From Promethearchaeota archaeon (GTDB lineage: Archaea > Asgardarchaeota > Lokiarchaeia > Sigyniarchaeales > SOKP01), in assembly GCA_048941285.1 (NCBI GenBank), contig JBHLNS010000007.1:41686-105685 (forward strand): 64,000 bases of DNA. Reading direction: 5' to 3'. Below are positions 49,084 to 59,567 of the stretch, one piece after another. Each line of letters begins with the position of its first letter. Position 1 is the first letter of the stretch. Under the pieces are notes generated by a model. That model was not told the DNA's origin. It searched no databases and saw only the letters and a list, made by a program, of their open reading frames with translations. The translations under genes and the position numbers were made by a program.

Positions 49084-50169
49084 TTATTCTTGAGTGTCTT
49101 CTTTATTTTCTTGGTCCTTATTAAATTCCTCAACTTTTTTCATAACAGATTCAGATGGTATTTCTGGTATGGTAATTTTTTCAAAAAGTTCAATAAACTT
49201 AACATCACCAATGTCATCTGACATGTGAGTTTGAAGATCCATAGCTAAACCGAATTTGATATATGTTAAATTTTGAAAAAGAAACATTTTAGGGATAGTA
49301 ATTTCAAGAGACTTAGTTTTAGGGTTGTAACTAATTTGAAAATCTTTAATATTTTCCTGGGGAATTCCCTTGTTAATCATAAAATATTCTATTTTTTCAT
49401 TGAAATCTTCGATTTTATTTATAATTTCTAAGTTATAATCAATACTTTGTCCTGCTAAAGGATGATTATAATCAATAATAACTCTACCTTGAACTATATT
49501 AGTAACAGTACCTCGTTGTACCTGACCTTGAGATTGTTTAACAAACTCTTTTCCAATTTCTGGATTTTTACCCTCATTTAACTTTCTGAATTTCGCAATT
49601 CCAATTCTCTCTATTTTTTGCGGATCTCGTTTTCCAAAAGCTTTTGTAGGAGGGATTCTTACAGATTTTTTCTCAAAATAGTTCATCTCCTTAATAACTT
49701 CGGTGAGACCTTCATTTAGAAATCCTGGTTTTCCAACGATAACAAATTCGGGAGTATAATATCCTTGTTTCGCCTTTTTCTCATCATATATCCCTGCTTT
49801 TTTGGCATCTTCTTCAGAGGAAACTCTAAAAATTGTACCTTTTTGAGTACGAGCAGTTAGATTTACTAAAACGAAATCTCCGTCTTCAACTTTTTTTCCT
49901 TGTAAATTTGTTTTTTTCTCTTCTGATTTTTTGATATCTTCTTCTATTTTTTTCTGATCTACTACTGCCAAAGAGCCATCTTGAGAATTCTTTAACAATT
50001 CTTTTGCGCTTTCAACCATTTTTTCAGCTGTGGCTTTACCAATTCCTTTAAGCTCAACTAATTCTTCTATTTTTGAATTTGCAAGTTTTTCAACTGAATC
50101 TATGCCTGCTTCTTTTAACGTATCAACTTTTTTTCCTAATCCTTTAACATCTTCTAACTTAAGAGTCAT
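49084..50169 (-). CDS. long-type archaeal FKBP PPIase with N-terminal helix-hairpin-helix domain
   Basis: KGLG and LKGIG..TA HhH motifs; IPP.KAFG.RD, IDYNHPLAG. Confidence 0.85.
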   Translation of the reverse strand: MTLKLEDVKGLGKKVDTLKEAGIDSVEKLANSKIEELVELKGIGKATAEKMVESAKELLKNSQDGSLAVVDQKKIEEDIKKSEEKKTNLQGKKVEDGDFVLVNLTARTQKGTIFRVSSEEDAKKAGIYDEKKAKQGYYTPEFVIVGKPGFLNEGLTEVIKEMNYFEKKSVRIPPTKAFGKRDPQKIERIGIAKFRKLNEGKNPEIGKEFVKQSQGQVQRGTVTNIVQGRVIIDYNHPLAGQSIDYNLEIINKIEDFNEKIEYFMINKGIPQENIKDFQISYNPKTKSLEITIPKMFLFQNLTYIKFGLAMDLQTHMSDDIGDVKFIELFEKITIPEIPSESVMKKVEEFNKDQENKEDTQE

Positions 50170-50392
50170 TTTGATTCATTTATGTGTATTCTTAAAAGTA
50201 TAGTGCTATATAATAACGGTAATAATAATTGATTACTTATAGATTTTTCTAAAATAAAGGAATCCTTAAGAAGCAAGCTTATAGTATATCCCTTATTTTT
50301 AATTAAACAATTATATTCTATGAAATTATTCAGAAAGAGATTTCTCATTTATTAGAATAGTTTTGAGGTTAGTAATTATTAATAAAACAGTT

Positions 50393-51346
50393 ATGATTAA
50401 TAGAATTATGAGCGCGAAATTTTATAAAATTAGAAAGTATGATTCAACAGAATTTCCTACTTTGGTAACATTGTATAATCAAATGGCTAGATATTTGGAC
50501 CCAGGAGCATTAGAATACACAGAAGAGCTTGCTTCAGTGTTTTTGAGTTCTACTCCTAATTTATCTGATCATACTTTGGTCTTTGAAAATAACCAAAATG
50601 AAATCATTGGTTTTTTGATTATTTTCCAAGTTCCACAACAAAAGGATACTTCTATGTGGTCTGCAGTATATGGAATAATACCAGAATATTTTAAAAGTGA
50701 GCTTCCAGGAGACTTAATTGAAGCCATCCTGACGTTAGGAATCAAACTAAAAGTTCCAGAACTCTTTATTGATACAATAGGAGAACTGTCAGCGCCTTTT
50801 GATGATAAATTAAATATATTAGGATTTAAACCAATTCATTATTATATCTTTATGAGTATAGATGATTTAGATATAGTTCCCCCTCCAGATAATCCATCAG
50901 GAATCGTAATTCGAAGCCAAGAGGAAATTGTGGATTATAAAAGCGTAGTATCGGTAATTAACGAAGGATTTAAAGACTCTTTCATGTGGGCAGAAGTGAG
51001 ACCCTCACGATGGAAAAGACAGGCCCAATCGTTTAAGAAAAGTCATATTGTTGAATATACCATGGCTTATGATAAAGAAAAAGTTGTGGGTTTTATTCAG
51101 AGCTATTTTAATATGAAAAAACCAAATATCGGCTTAATGAATACTCTAAGTGTTCTGCCTAATTATCGCCAACGCGGAATTGGAAGTGCTTTATTCGCTA
51201 CTGGAGCTGAATTTCTTAGAAATAGAGGGTGCGAAAAAATCGATTTAATGGTGGATGCTAAAAATGAAAAAGCCGCAAGAATCTATGAGAAATTTGGCTT
51301 TTATTGGCAAAAAAACAAGACAATAAAGACTTATAAACTTATATAA
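50393..51346 (+). CDS. tandem GNAT acetyltransferase
   Basis: VLPNYRQRGIGSAL, N..A..IYEKFGF; start 50393 or 50408. Confidence 0.8.
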   Translation: MINRIMSAKFYKIRKYDSTEFPTLVTLYNQMARYLDPGALEYTEELASVFLSSTPNLSDHTLVFENNQNEIIGFLIIFQVPQQKDTSMWSAVYGIIPEYFKSELPGDLIEAILTLGIKLKVPELFIDTIGELSAPFDDKLNILGFKPIHYYIFMSIDDLDIVPPPDNPSGIVIRSQEEIVDYKSVVSVINEGFKDSFMWAEVRPSRWKRQAQSFKKSHIVEYTMAYDKEKVVGFIQSYFNMKKPNIGLMNTLSVLPNYRQRGIGSALFATGAEFLRNRGCEKIDLMVDAKNEKAARIYEKFGFYWQKNKTIKTYKLI

Positions 51347-51357
51347 CTTTCATAGAA

Positions 51358-52470
51358 CTAAGAAACTGGTCTCCAGAGAATCCCTAATTTATCTGCATAA
51401 TTTTTGACTTCTAGCATTTCTTGTGAAGTAGGTCGTCGATTTATTTCAGGAAACTTAGAGGCCTTCCATTGGGGTCGATATTGCCCCATAATATTTACAA
51501 CAGCTTTTGGAAGTTCCTTAGCTACATAGTCTAATATTGGTTTAGAACAACATTCATTATGATTTGGCATAACTAAATGCCTAATACAAATTTCACCACT
51601 TCCTTCATCATGAATCCGTTTATGATTTCTAGCAACAAAATCAAAATAATTATCAATTCCAGAATATTTTTTTCCGCACTCATTATTCCCATATTTAAAA
51701 TCAGGAAGCCAAAAATCCATAAAATCGATTATTAAGGATAAAGATTTATCAGTTAAGTAAAAGTTTGAATTCCATAGCTGACAAATGTTAGATTTTTGAA
51801 AATTTAAACTTCCTATAATTGTGTGAATATTGGGTATTGGATCTCCTCCGACATAATTAATGTTTATTGCTCCTCTATCAACAAGCTTTTCTGCAACCGC
51901 AGCTAATTCTTTTGTATTAACCTTCTGAGCTACATCTTCAATTTTCTTTTTACCTTTCCAAGCTTGAGAAATATCATAATTCTGGCAGAAAACGCAACCA
52001 AAGTTACAACCTTGAAAAAAAATTGTGCCAGAAGGGATTAGGTGGGGTTCTTCGCCCATGTGAAGGAAAGCGGAAGAAATATATGAATCTTTAGATATTA
52101 AACAGAAGCCTTTTTTTCCATCTTTTCTATTAACTTCACATTGCCGCTCGCAAAAAATACAGCTTTCAAGATACTTATTAGCAATAGTTTCAGCTAAGTT
52201 AATATAAGAGCTTGTAGTAATCTTACGATTTTTAATTTCCTCGATATCTTTTTCCAAAAGTTCTTTGAATTCCAAGGATTTTTCTTGTAAAAGTTTTTCA
52301 AGATTTTCAATTGATTCATTTGAATTATATTCGCAATCAACAGTTTTAGCAATGAAGTACCTTGCTACTTGAGTGCCATCAATTATTCCTCTATACTTCG
52401 AAAATCGTTTTAGAATTTCTTGATTCTGCCAGACTGAAACGCTATCAGGGCGAAGAATTCTAAAAACCAT
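51358..52470 (-). CDS. radical SAM protein, PflX family
   Basis: CIFCERQC.VNR..G.C, H.GEE, CNFGCVFCQN.DIS, RHLVMP, NIMGQYRP. Confidence 0.88.
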   Translation of the reverse strand: MVFRILRPDSVSVWQNQEILKRFSKYRGIIDGTQVARYFIAKTVDCEYNSNESIENLEKLLQEKSLEFKELLEKDIEEIKNRKITTSSYINLAETIANKYLESCIFCERQCEVNRKDGKKGFCLISKDSYISSAFLHMGEEPHLIPSGTIFFQGCNFGCVFCQNYDISQAWKGKKKIEDVAQKVNTKELAAVAEKLVDRGAININYVGGDPIPNIHTIIGSLNFQKSNICQLWNSNFYLTDKSLSLIIDFMDFWLPDFKYGNNECGKKYSGIDNYFDFVARNHKRIHDEGSGEICIRHLVMPNHNECCSKPILDYVAKELPKAVVNIMGQYRPQWKASKFPEINRRPTSQEMLEVKNYADKLGILWRPVS

Positions 52471-52495
52471 AATAAATAAGATTTAGTTTAATTTG

Positions 52496-53227
52496 TTACC
52501 TCTCAAAAGAAAGCCATTCAATAATATTTGACAAGAACTTAAGATTATCTCCAGCATCGAGCCCATAATCACTGTCTTCGACCATCCATTCAGATGATCC
52601 TACAGTCACACATCTACCTTCATAAAATTCAGAAACTACACAAATTGGTACTGGTCCAATTATATCTATTTCTTCATCAACATAGTATTTGAATTCCGCT
52701 TTTTCAGAAGTTACTATTATATCATCAACATCTTCTTCTGAAATTGTGAAGAATGTACTGTTAGGAAAGACAACTTCAGTAATTCCTTCTGTGATTGGAT
52801 GGTTGAACAATTCTGTAATTAGAAGATTTTTCTTTTTTACTAAAAAATTAGAGGGAGCTTCTTGAATTATACCGTTCCAAAATCTTCTAACACCTGTCAT
52901 TTTATATAAGACTCTGATGGAACCTTTTTTCATAGGTATATCTTTATCACCACCTGCTCCACTCGTTAAAAGTAACCCTCCACCTTCTCCGATAAACCTT
53001 TTAATAGCTTTTAATTCTTCTTGAGTAAATTTGTCTTGACTCCCTTCATTAGAATGTTGGATATTTCCAATGAAAAGAACATCAAAATCTTCAAGCATAT
53101 CAAATTCAATGGGTCCCTCATTTTTATCGATATAGCTAATTTCATAATCATCCTCACCGAGGCTAAACTCCGGAAACTCTTCTAATTTTTCTTTATGAGA
53201 CAAATCCACTATGACTTCATAAGGCAT
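52496..53227 (-). CDS. cytoplasmic GIFT/DUF4350 (IFT52 N-domain-like) protein
   Basis: D.SH.E, KFT.EE..AIKRF..GGGLL, HPITEG, GR.V.VGSS, N.KF..NIIEWL; no signal peptide. Confidence 0.65.
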   Translation of the reverse strand: MPYEVIVDLSHKEKLEEFPEFSLGEDDYEISYIDKNEGPIEFDMLEDFDVLFIGNIQHSNEGSQDKFTQEELKAIKRFIGEGGGLLLTSGAGGDKDIPMKKGSIRVLYKMTGVRRFWNGIIQEAPSNFLVKKKNLLITELFNHPITEGITEVVFPNSTFFTISEEDVDDIIVTSEKAEFKYYVDEEIDIIGPVPICVVSEFYEGRCVTVGSSEWMVEDSDYGLDAGDNLKFLSNIIEWLSFER

Positions 53228-53466
53228 TTTAATACACCGTAATATTTTTGTTTTCTATTGATTACCACTGGTTTGAACTGATAATTCCAAGATCCTTTAA
53301 GAGATAATCCTTCTAATTTAAGAATTTGTAAATTATTTTGATAAAAATATGCTATTACTATTATTAAATATTTTCTTTTAAATTTTTTTAAAAGATAATT
53401 GTTAAAGAGAAAACTTTAATAGGAAGAAATTAGGATTTTAGGACGATAATGCATAGAAATTCAATT

Positions 53467-54159
53467 TTATATCGGAATAAATTCTCGTTCAGCAGGTTTA
53501 TCTTGATAAACTACAGCAATATCGATGCCATTTCCTGAAGCCATATCTCTTATTATTGAGGAAGTGACAGCCCTTTTTACAATCTCTTTACCTTCATTAA
53601 TAGTTAAATTATCTTTATATCTTGCTTCTAAAACGCCATAAGAAAAATTCTGTCCACTTCCTACTGCACAATATTTTTGAGGTAAAATTGAACCATAAGC
53701 ACTAATATCTAATAGCGAGGGCCCCTCTTCTTCAGTCACTCCTCCAAGCATAAGTCCCACTTCAAAAGGAAATAATTTATTTTGATATAAAACATTTGAT
53801 AACATTTTTCCAGCAGATTTAACCATCATGGGCTTATCTTCATGCGCTAGTTGGTATATTGTTGTCTCAGCTTTTAAAATATCAACTAAGTATTGAGCAT
53901 CTGCAACTCCTCCAGCTGTAGTCATCCAAAGATGTTCTTGAATTTTGTATAATTTCTCTGATATTTTACTTGCTATGAAATATGCCATTGTGGCTCTTTT
54001 ATCTGTTCCAAAAATAATAGCATCTTTACAAATTAAACCTACTGTAGTAGTACCCGTTTTTAAAGTATTAGAAATGACTTTTTGATTTTTGGAAGTAAGG
54101 CTTTCAGTATTTATCACGAATTCAGAATTGATCGGCTTTATCAAATCTTCTTTTCTCAT
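53467..54159 (-). CDS. psmB: proteasome subunit beta
   Basis: propeptide then KTG|TTTVG, DKRAT, AG.VADAQ, GSG, RDMASG. Confidence 0.93.
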   Translation of the reverse strand: MRKEDLIKPINSEFVINTESLTSKNQKVISNTLKTGTTTVGLICKDAIIFGTDKRATMAYFIASKISEKLYKIQEHLWMTTAGGVADAQYLVDILKAETTIYQLAHEDKPMMVKSAGKMLSNVLYQNKLFPFEVGLMLGGVTEEEGPSLLDISAYGSILPQKYCAVGSGQNFSYGVLEARYKDNLTINEGKEIVKRAVTSSIIRDMASGNGIDIAVVYQDKPAEREFIPI

Positions 54160-54289
54160 AATTTCATTAAAGAACTCTTATTTTTATAATTTTTTTTAAT
54201 TTTTTATTAATCCTAAATTGATTATGTATTAATTTTCTTAAGACTTAATAACTTAATAAGAGTACAATTTTAGAGTTTAAAAATTTAAA

Positions 54290-55468
54290 ATGTATGATGT
54301 TGTAATATCTGGAGCTGGACCTGCAGGTTCTAAATGTGCTGAAATTTTAGCCAAAAATGGTTATAAGGTTGCTTTAATTGAAAAGGATACAACTTGGCGA
54401 AAACCTTGTGGCGGAGCTGTAAATTCAAGGATCTTTAAATATTACCCTCAGTTAAGAAAATTAAATTTTCATAGAATAAATAGCATAAACATATATTCTT
54501 CTGAATTCTATAAATTTGGCTATAGATGGAAAGAATTAATTGACTACTCAATAAATGTTGATCGATTAGAATTTGATAATGTTTTAAGAAACATTGCAAT
54601 TGATGCAGGTGCTGAGTTATTTGATAAGAATATATCTTATGATTTTATCAATAAAGAGAGCCAGAGAATTGGAATAAAAACAAAATCTCTCTCAGGAATA
54701 CAAGAATATAAGGGTAAAATTATTGTAATTGCCGATGGTATGAGTTCAAAATTAGCTCTAAAATCCGGATTGAGGACCAAATGGAAACGAGAAGAAATAA
54801 TGATAGCTAAAAGCGCGATTATGCAAGGTGATAACAACTTTGATAAAGATACTATTTTGCTTTTTTTTAAATCGTTTAGGGGATATGGATGGTTATTTCC
54901 TCTCGAGGAGAACAAATTTAATATAGGAATAGGCACAATAGGTAATGATAATTTGAAATATAATCTTAATGAGATATTTAATGAGTTCATTCACGATTTA
55001 AATATTAAGAATTTTATTCCTGGAAACAATTATAATAAAATTTGGAGGGGAGCATATCCGATTCCTGCTGTAGGTGTCACAGAGAAAAGTTTATATAGTG
55101 ATAATATAATGCTGATTGGAGATGCTGCTGGTTTTGTTAATCCGATCAGCGGGGAGGGAATTTGTCCAAGTATAGCATCAGGAAAAGCTGCTGCTGAAAC
55201 AGCAATTAATGCATTGAGAAGTGAGGACATATCTCAACAAAGTTTAAGAAATTATAAATTCCATCCAACTATACGAAAAATTACTAGAAGTTATAAATTG
55301 ACTCATTCTCTTCTTGATTTTTGTTTTGAAAACCAAGGTCAAAATTTTTCAAGAATGTGTAAAATTGCTGAGAGTGATCCAGATTTTAGAGAAAAAGTTG
55401 TGAATATGTTCCTCTTTAGTAAGGCCCCACCAAAAGATTTTATAAAAAGGTTAAATTCAAGAAATTAA
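54290..55468 (+). CDS. geranylgeranyl reductase family FAD-dependent oxidoreductase
   Basis: GAGPAG, KPCGG, R..FD, ADG, GYGWLFP, GDAAGFVNP.SGEGI. Confidence 0.88.
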   Translation: MYDVVISGAGPAGSKCAEILAKNGYKVALIEKDTTWRKPCGGAVNSRIFKYYPQLRKLNFHRINSINIYSSEFYKFGYRWKELIDYSINVDRLEFDNVLRNIAIDAGAELFDKNISYDFINKESQRIGIKTKSLSGIQEYKGKIIVIADGMSSKLALKSGLRTKWKREEIMIAKSAIMQGDNNFDKDTILLFFKSFRGYGWLFPLEENKFNIGIGTIGNDNLKYNLNEIFNEFIHDLNIKNFIPGNNYNKIWRGAYPIPAVGVTEKSLYSDNIMLIGDAAGFVNPISGEGICPSIASGKAAAETAINALRSEDISQQSLRNYKFHPTIRKITRSYKLTHSLLDFCFENQGQNFSRMCKIAESDPDFREKVVNMFLFSKAPPKDFIKRLNSRN

Positions 55469-55516
55469 AAATATTTTAAAAACACTTTTAAATACATTTT
55501 AAATTTAATTTCTTAA

Positions 55517-56452
55517 ATGGTCGAGTTAATAGGTTTAGTTTTCATAATATTTACAATTTTTGTATGGGCATTAGCCTCTCTTGTCTATAAAAAAGGTTTG
55601 GAAAAGACACAACCAAAGGCAAACTTATTTTTTAGATTATGCTGTACTAGTTTAGGGACATTTATTTTCGCTTTAATTTTTGGTAATTATTTTTTATTAA
55701 ACACTTTGACTAATAGAGAATTAATTGATTATCTAATAGCTTGTCTTATATCTGGATTAAGTGTTACCTTAGGAGATTTACTTTATTATATGTCCCTGAC
55801 AAAGATAGAAGCTTCTCGTACTTATCCACTCGTACAACTCTCACTTATATTCGTAATTTTCTTTTCTGTGATTTTCTTTGGTAAACCGATCTCAGTTGCG
55901 ATATTAATTGGAAGTAGCGTGATGTTATCAAGTGTTTTTATATTGAGTTCGAAAGATAAATCAGAAAAAAATAATAAAAATAGAACTTTAAAAGAAAAAA
56001 TTTCTGAAGATTTAATCCTAGGTGTATTATTAGCCATTAGTACCGCATTTTTTTGGGCACTTGCTTATATTTCATTTAATCAAGCAGCAATTTTATCCGG
56101 AGATGTTTTTATATCTAATTTTTTTAGGGTAATTTTTGGTATGGTTGCTATTGCTATTTTAGGTCTATTTCGACATGATTATTACGGTGGATTTAAAAAA
56201 GAAAATAGGACAAATTTAAAGTATTTTATATATATTGGAATCGCTGGAATCTTATCTTTAGGTTTCGCAGATGCATTATATATCAAAGCCGGAGAAATTA
56301 ATGGATTAGTTTTAACATCTGCATTCGCAATAAATACTCCAATGGTTCAACAAATTCTTTCAATATTGATTCTGAAGGAAAAGTTTCGTAAAAGATTTAT
56401 AATTGCGGTGATCCTAATTATAGTAGGTAATTATATAATCCTTTTCTTGTAA
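55517..56452 (+). CDS. DMT/EamA family transporter
   Basis: two 5-TM repeats, WA motifs, ILILKEK. Confidence 0.82.
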   Translation: MVELIGLVFIIFTIFVWALASLVYKKGLEKTQPKANLFFRLCCTSLGTFIFALIFGNYFLLNTLTNRELIDYLIACLISGLSVTLGDLLYYMSLTKIEASRTYPLVQLSLIFVIFFSVIFFGKPISVAILIGSSVMLSSVFILSSKDKSEKNNKNRTLKEKISEDLILGVLLAISTAFFWALAYISFNQAAILSGDVFISNFFRVIFGMVAIAILGLFRHDYYGGFKKENRTNLKYFIYIGIAGILSLGFADALYIKAGEINGLVLTSAFAINTPMVQQILSILILKEKFRKRFIIAVILIIVGNYIILFL

Positions 56453-56597
56453 AAAAAAACTTGATCAAAATTTCAAGTTGAATATTTATCCATCCATGAT
56501 ATTTTGAATTATTAAAATAAATATTAGAGATAATTAAAAATAAAAGAATGCATTATATAATTATTAGACATAGAAACATTTATGTAAGTTCGGAAAT

Positions 56598-57251
56598 ATG
56601 AGCCTAGATTTAATAAACAAAAAAAAAATTAAAGCTGATGACTATATCACTGTTTTAATAGTCGTTAATTATATTATTTTTGCCCTGTTTTTCCATTTAG
56701 AGGCGCTTATCTCGATTTATGTCTACCCTTTCGTATCCCTTGCTTTCTATGGCATTTTAAAGATAATAAATTTTCTTAATAAAAAGAATACAAGGGAAAC
56801 AAATCCTATTAAGTTTTTTTTTGGTATTGTTAGTATAATTGTCTCAACATTCTTTTTATGGCTCATATTAATACAACCCAACTTCACTCTTCGGGTTTTA
56901 ATATTTTTAATTTCATTACCAATGATAATTGTTGGATTTGCAGGTATTATAAAAGGATCTCTAATTGATATCTATTCAATAAGACACCGAGTAATGACAA
57001 TTTTAGTTGGTATCATTACAATACTTGTAAGCTTATCAGTCTTCATCAATATATTAAATGATCTTTTATTTAGTATTGTTGCATTATCTCTCACGCTTTT
57101 TCTTAATATATTTAGTAGAGCTGCCTTATACTTAAGTGAATTTGGATTATCTATCATTCATATAAGGAATTTTAAAATCTTCTTATATATAATCTCTGAT
57201 TACTTAATATATATTGATAGAGATGGGAATTTAGTATTATCCAAATTATAA
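56598..57251 (+). CDS. membrane protein (DUF308/HdeD-like)
   Basis: 6 TM arranged as two 3-TM repeats. Confidence 0.55.
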   Translation: MSLDLINKKKIKADDYITVLIVVNYIIFALFFHLEALISIYVYPFVSLAFYGILKIINFLNKKNTRETNPIKFFFGIVSIIVSTFFLWLILIQPNFTLRVLIFLISLPMIIVGFAGIIKGSLIDIYSIRHRVMTILVGIITILVSLSVFINILNDLLFSIVALSLTLFLNIFSRAALYLSEFGLSIIHIRNFKIFLYIISDYLIYIDRDGNLVLSKL

Positions 57252-57342
57252 ATAAAAAATAATAAATCCTATAATTCCCATTTCAATTTATCCATAATAC
57301 CATATACTAAAAATTTTAATTATTCAAAAAATTGAAAAAATT

Positions 57343-58458
57343 ATGACTGATATTCATTTTAATAAAGATAAAGGCTCACCGTTAATGTTATTTACACCAG
57401 GGCCCGTATATGTGCCAGATCGTGTTTTAAAGGCAATGGCAATGCCTAATGATACACATCGTTCAACTTTTTATAGAGAAATGCATCAAATAGCGAAAGA
57501 AGGACTTCAAAAAGTTTTATATACAAAAAATGAATGTGTAATTTTTGCTTCTAGCGCAACAGGAATAATGGAAGCTTGTGTTCGAAATTTGCTTAAAGAT
57601 GGTGAAAAAGGATTATTTTTATCTATTGGAGATTTTGGTGAAAGATGGTATAAGATTGGGAAAGAGAATGGAAAGGATTCTGTTAAAGAGGGAGTAGAAT
57701 GGGGAAATGCAATAAAACCAGAGTTTTTAAAAGAAGTTTTATCAAAAGATAAATATTCTGTTGTTTTTTTGCAATCAAATGAAACTTCAACAGGAGTTTA
57801 TAATCCAATATATGAATTGGTTCCAATAATTAAGGATTATGGTGCTCTTGTATGTATTGATGGGACATCGTCAATGTGTGGAGTTAAAGTGGAAGTTGAT
57901 AAATTAGATATTGATGTATTCCTTGCTTCAGTTCAGAAATGCTTTGCTCTACCTCCTGGGATAGCAGTAGCCTCAATTTCTGAAAAAGCACTACAAAAAG
58001 CAGCTGAAGTTAAGAATAGAGGGGTTTATTTTGACTTTCTTGGAACAATAAAGAAAAATAAAGATAATGAAACTCCCACTACACCTCCTATCCCCCAAAT
58101 TAGAGGTTTAGTAGTACAGTTGGATTATATTCTTAATCAAGAAGGGTTAGAAAATAGATTCATAAGACATGAACAATTGGGAAAACAAGCAAGATTATGG
58201 GTAAATGGTTCGGGTTTAGAAATGTTTCCTGAGGAGGGTTATGAATCCAATACCGTCTCAACGATAAAAAACACATTTAATCTCGACATTCCAGTAATGT
58301 TAAAGAATCTTACAAATAAAGGATACAAAATTGTAAATGGATACGGATCTTTAGTAAATAAAACATTTAGAATTGGTCACATGGGGGAAATTCAACTTAG
58401 TGATCTTCAAAAAATGTTAAATACTCTAAAAGAGATAATAATTGATTTAAAATCATAA
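57343..58458 (+). CDS. class V PLP aminotransferase (AGT/archaeal SerC-like)
   Basis: LFTPGPV, HRS, NETSTGV, D.TSS, SVQKCF.LPPG, FRIGHMG; upstream of serA. Confidence 0.88.
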   Translation: MTDIHFNKDKGSPLMLFTPGPVYVPDRVLKAMAMPNDTHRSTFYREMHQIAKEGLQKVLYTKNECVIFASSATGIMEACVRNLLKDGEKGLFLSIGDFGERWYKIGKENGKDSVKEGVEWGNAIKPEFLKEVLSKDKYSVVFLQSNETSTGVYNPIYELVPIIKDYGALVCIDGTSSMCGVKVEVDKLDIDVFLASVQKCFALPPGIAVASISEKALQKAAEVKNRGVYFDFLGTIKKNKDNETPTTPPIPQIRGLVVQLDYILNQEGLENRFIRHEQLGKQARLWVNGSGLEMFPEEGYESNTVSTIKNTFNLDIPVMLKNLTNKGYKIVNGYGSLVNKTFRIGHMGEIQLSDLQKMLNTLKEIIIDLKS

Positions 58459-58626
58459 AATTTCGTTAATTAATCTTTTTTTTACCTTTAATTTATTTTG
58501 AATGTTTCTTGATTCTTATAAAATTAAAAAAAAAAAAGATAATTCGATAGAATAACAAAAACTCTTTAAATATTTATAAACTAAAAAAAATATTCAATCT
58601 AAGTAAATTAAATCCATGTGATATTA

Positions 58627-59556
58627 ATGAAAATTTTAATTAGCGACAAACTTGAAGAGGAAGGAATTAAAATATTTGAGGATAACGGATTTGAAGTTAT
58701 AAAAAAATTTACAATCACAAAAGAAGACCTAAAAAAGGAGATAGGAGAATATGATGGTATTGTAATCCGCTCTAGAACTAAATTAACCTCTGATGTATTA
58801 GAAAACGCTAAAAAATTAAAAGTCATTGGGCGAGCAGGAGTGGGATTAGATAACGTAGATTTGCAAAAAGCTAGTGAGATGAATATAGAAGTTTTTAATA
58901 CCCCTGAAGCACCTGCAGTATCAGTGGCAGAATTAGCTTTAGGTTTAATGCTATCATTAGCAAGAAAGATATCGCATGCTGATCGCACTATGCATCAAGG
59001 TAAATGGAATAAAAATGATTATTTAGGATATACTTTAGAAGGAAAGAAGCTTGGATTAGTTGGATTTGGAAATACAGCAAAACATTTAGCTAAAATTGCA
59101 ATTAGTATGGGGATGAAAGTTGGTGTTTATTCTAGATTTAGTAAAGGGAAAGCTGCCATAGATGAAGCAAGAAAAATCGGATGCTCAATTTATTCATCAG
59201 TTGATGATTTAATAAAGGAAGCTCAAGTAATCTCCTTGCATCTTCCTGCTTCACCCGAAACTGAGAGCTTAATAAATGAAAAGCGAATAAAAATGATGAG
59301 AAAAGATGCTATATTAATAAATACAGCGAGGGGTAACTTAATCGACGAAAAAGCATTAACAAATGCCTTAAAAACCAAATCTATCGCAGGCGCTGCTCTT
59401 GATGTATATCGTGAAGAACCATTAAAAGATCAAGAATTAATTAACTGGGATGAGAATCTTATACTTACTCCTCATATAGCTTCTCAGAGTATTGAAAACC
59501 AAACAGCTGCAGCTACTATGATTGCAGAAAAAATATCAAATTTTCTGAAGAAATAA
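58627..59556 (+). CDS. serA: D-3-phosphoglycerate dehydrogenase (no ACT domain)
   Basis: IRSRTK, GRAGVGLDNVD, SVAE, GFGN, INTARG, LDVY.EEP, TPHI. Confidence 0.85.
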   Translation: MKILISDKLEEEGIKIFEDNGFEVIKKFTITKEDLKKEIGEYDGIVIRSRTKLTSDVLENAKKLKVIGRAGVGLDNVDLQKASEMNIEVFNTPEAPAVSVAELALGLMLSLARKISHADRTMHQGKWNKNDYLGYTLEGKKLGLVGFGNTAKHLAKIAISMGMKVGVYSRFSKGKAAIDEARKIGCSIYSSVDDLIKEAQVISLHLPASPETESLINEKRIKMMRKDAILINTARGNLIDEKALTNALKTKSIAGAALDVYREEPLKDQELINWDENLILTPHIASQSIENQTAAATMIAEKISNFLKK

Positions 59557-59567
59557 TTCTTTTTTTT

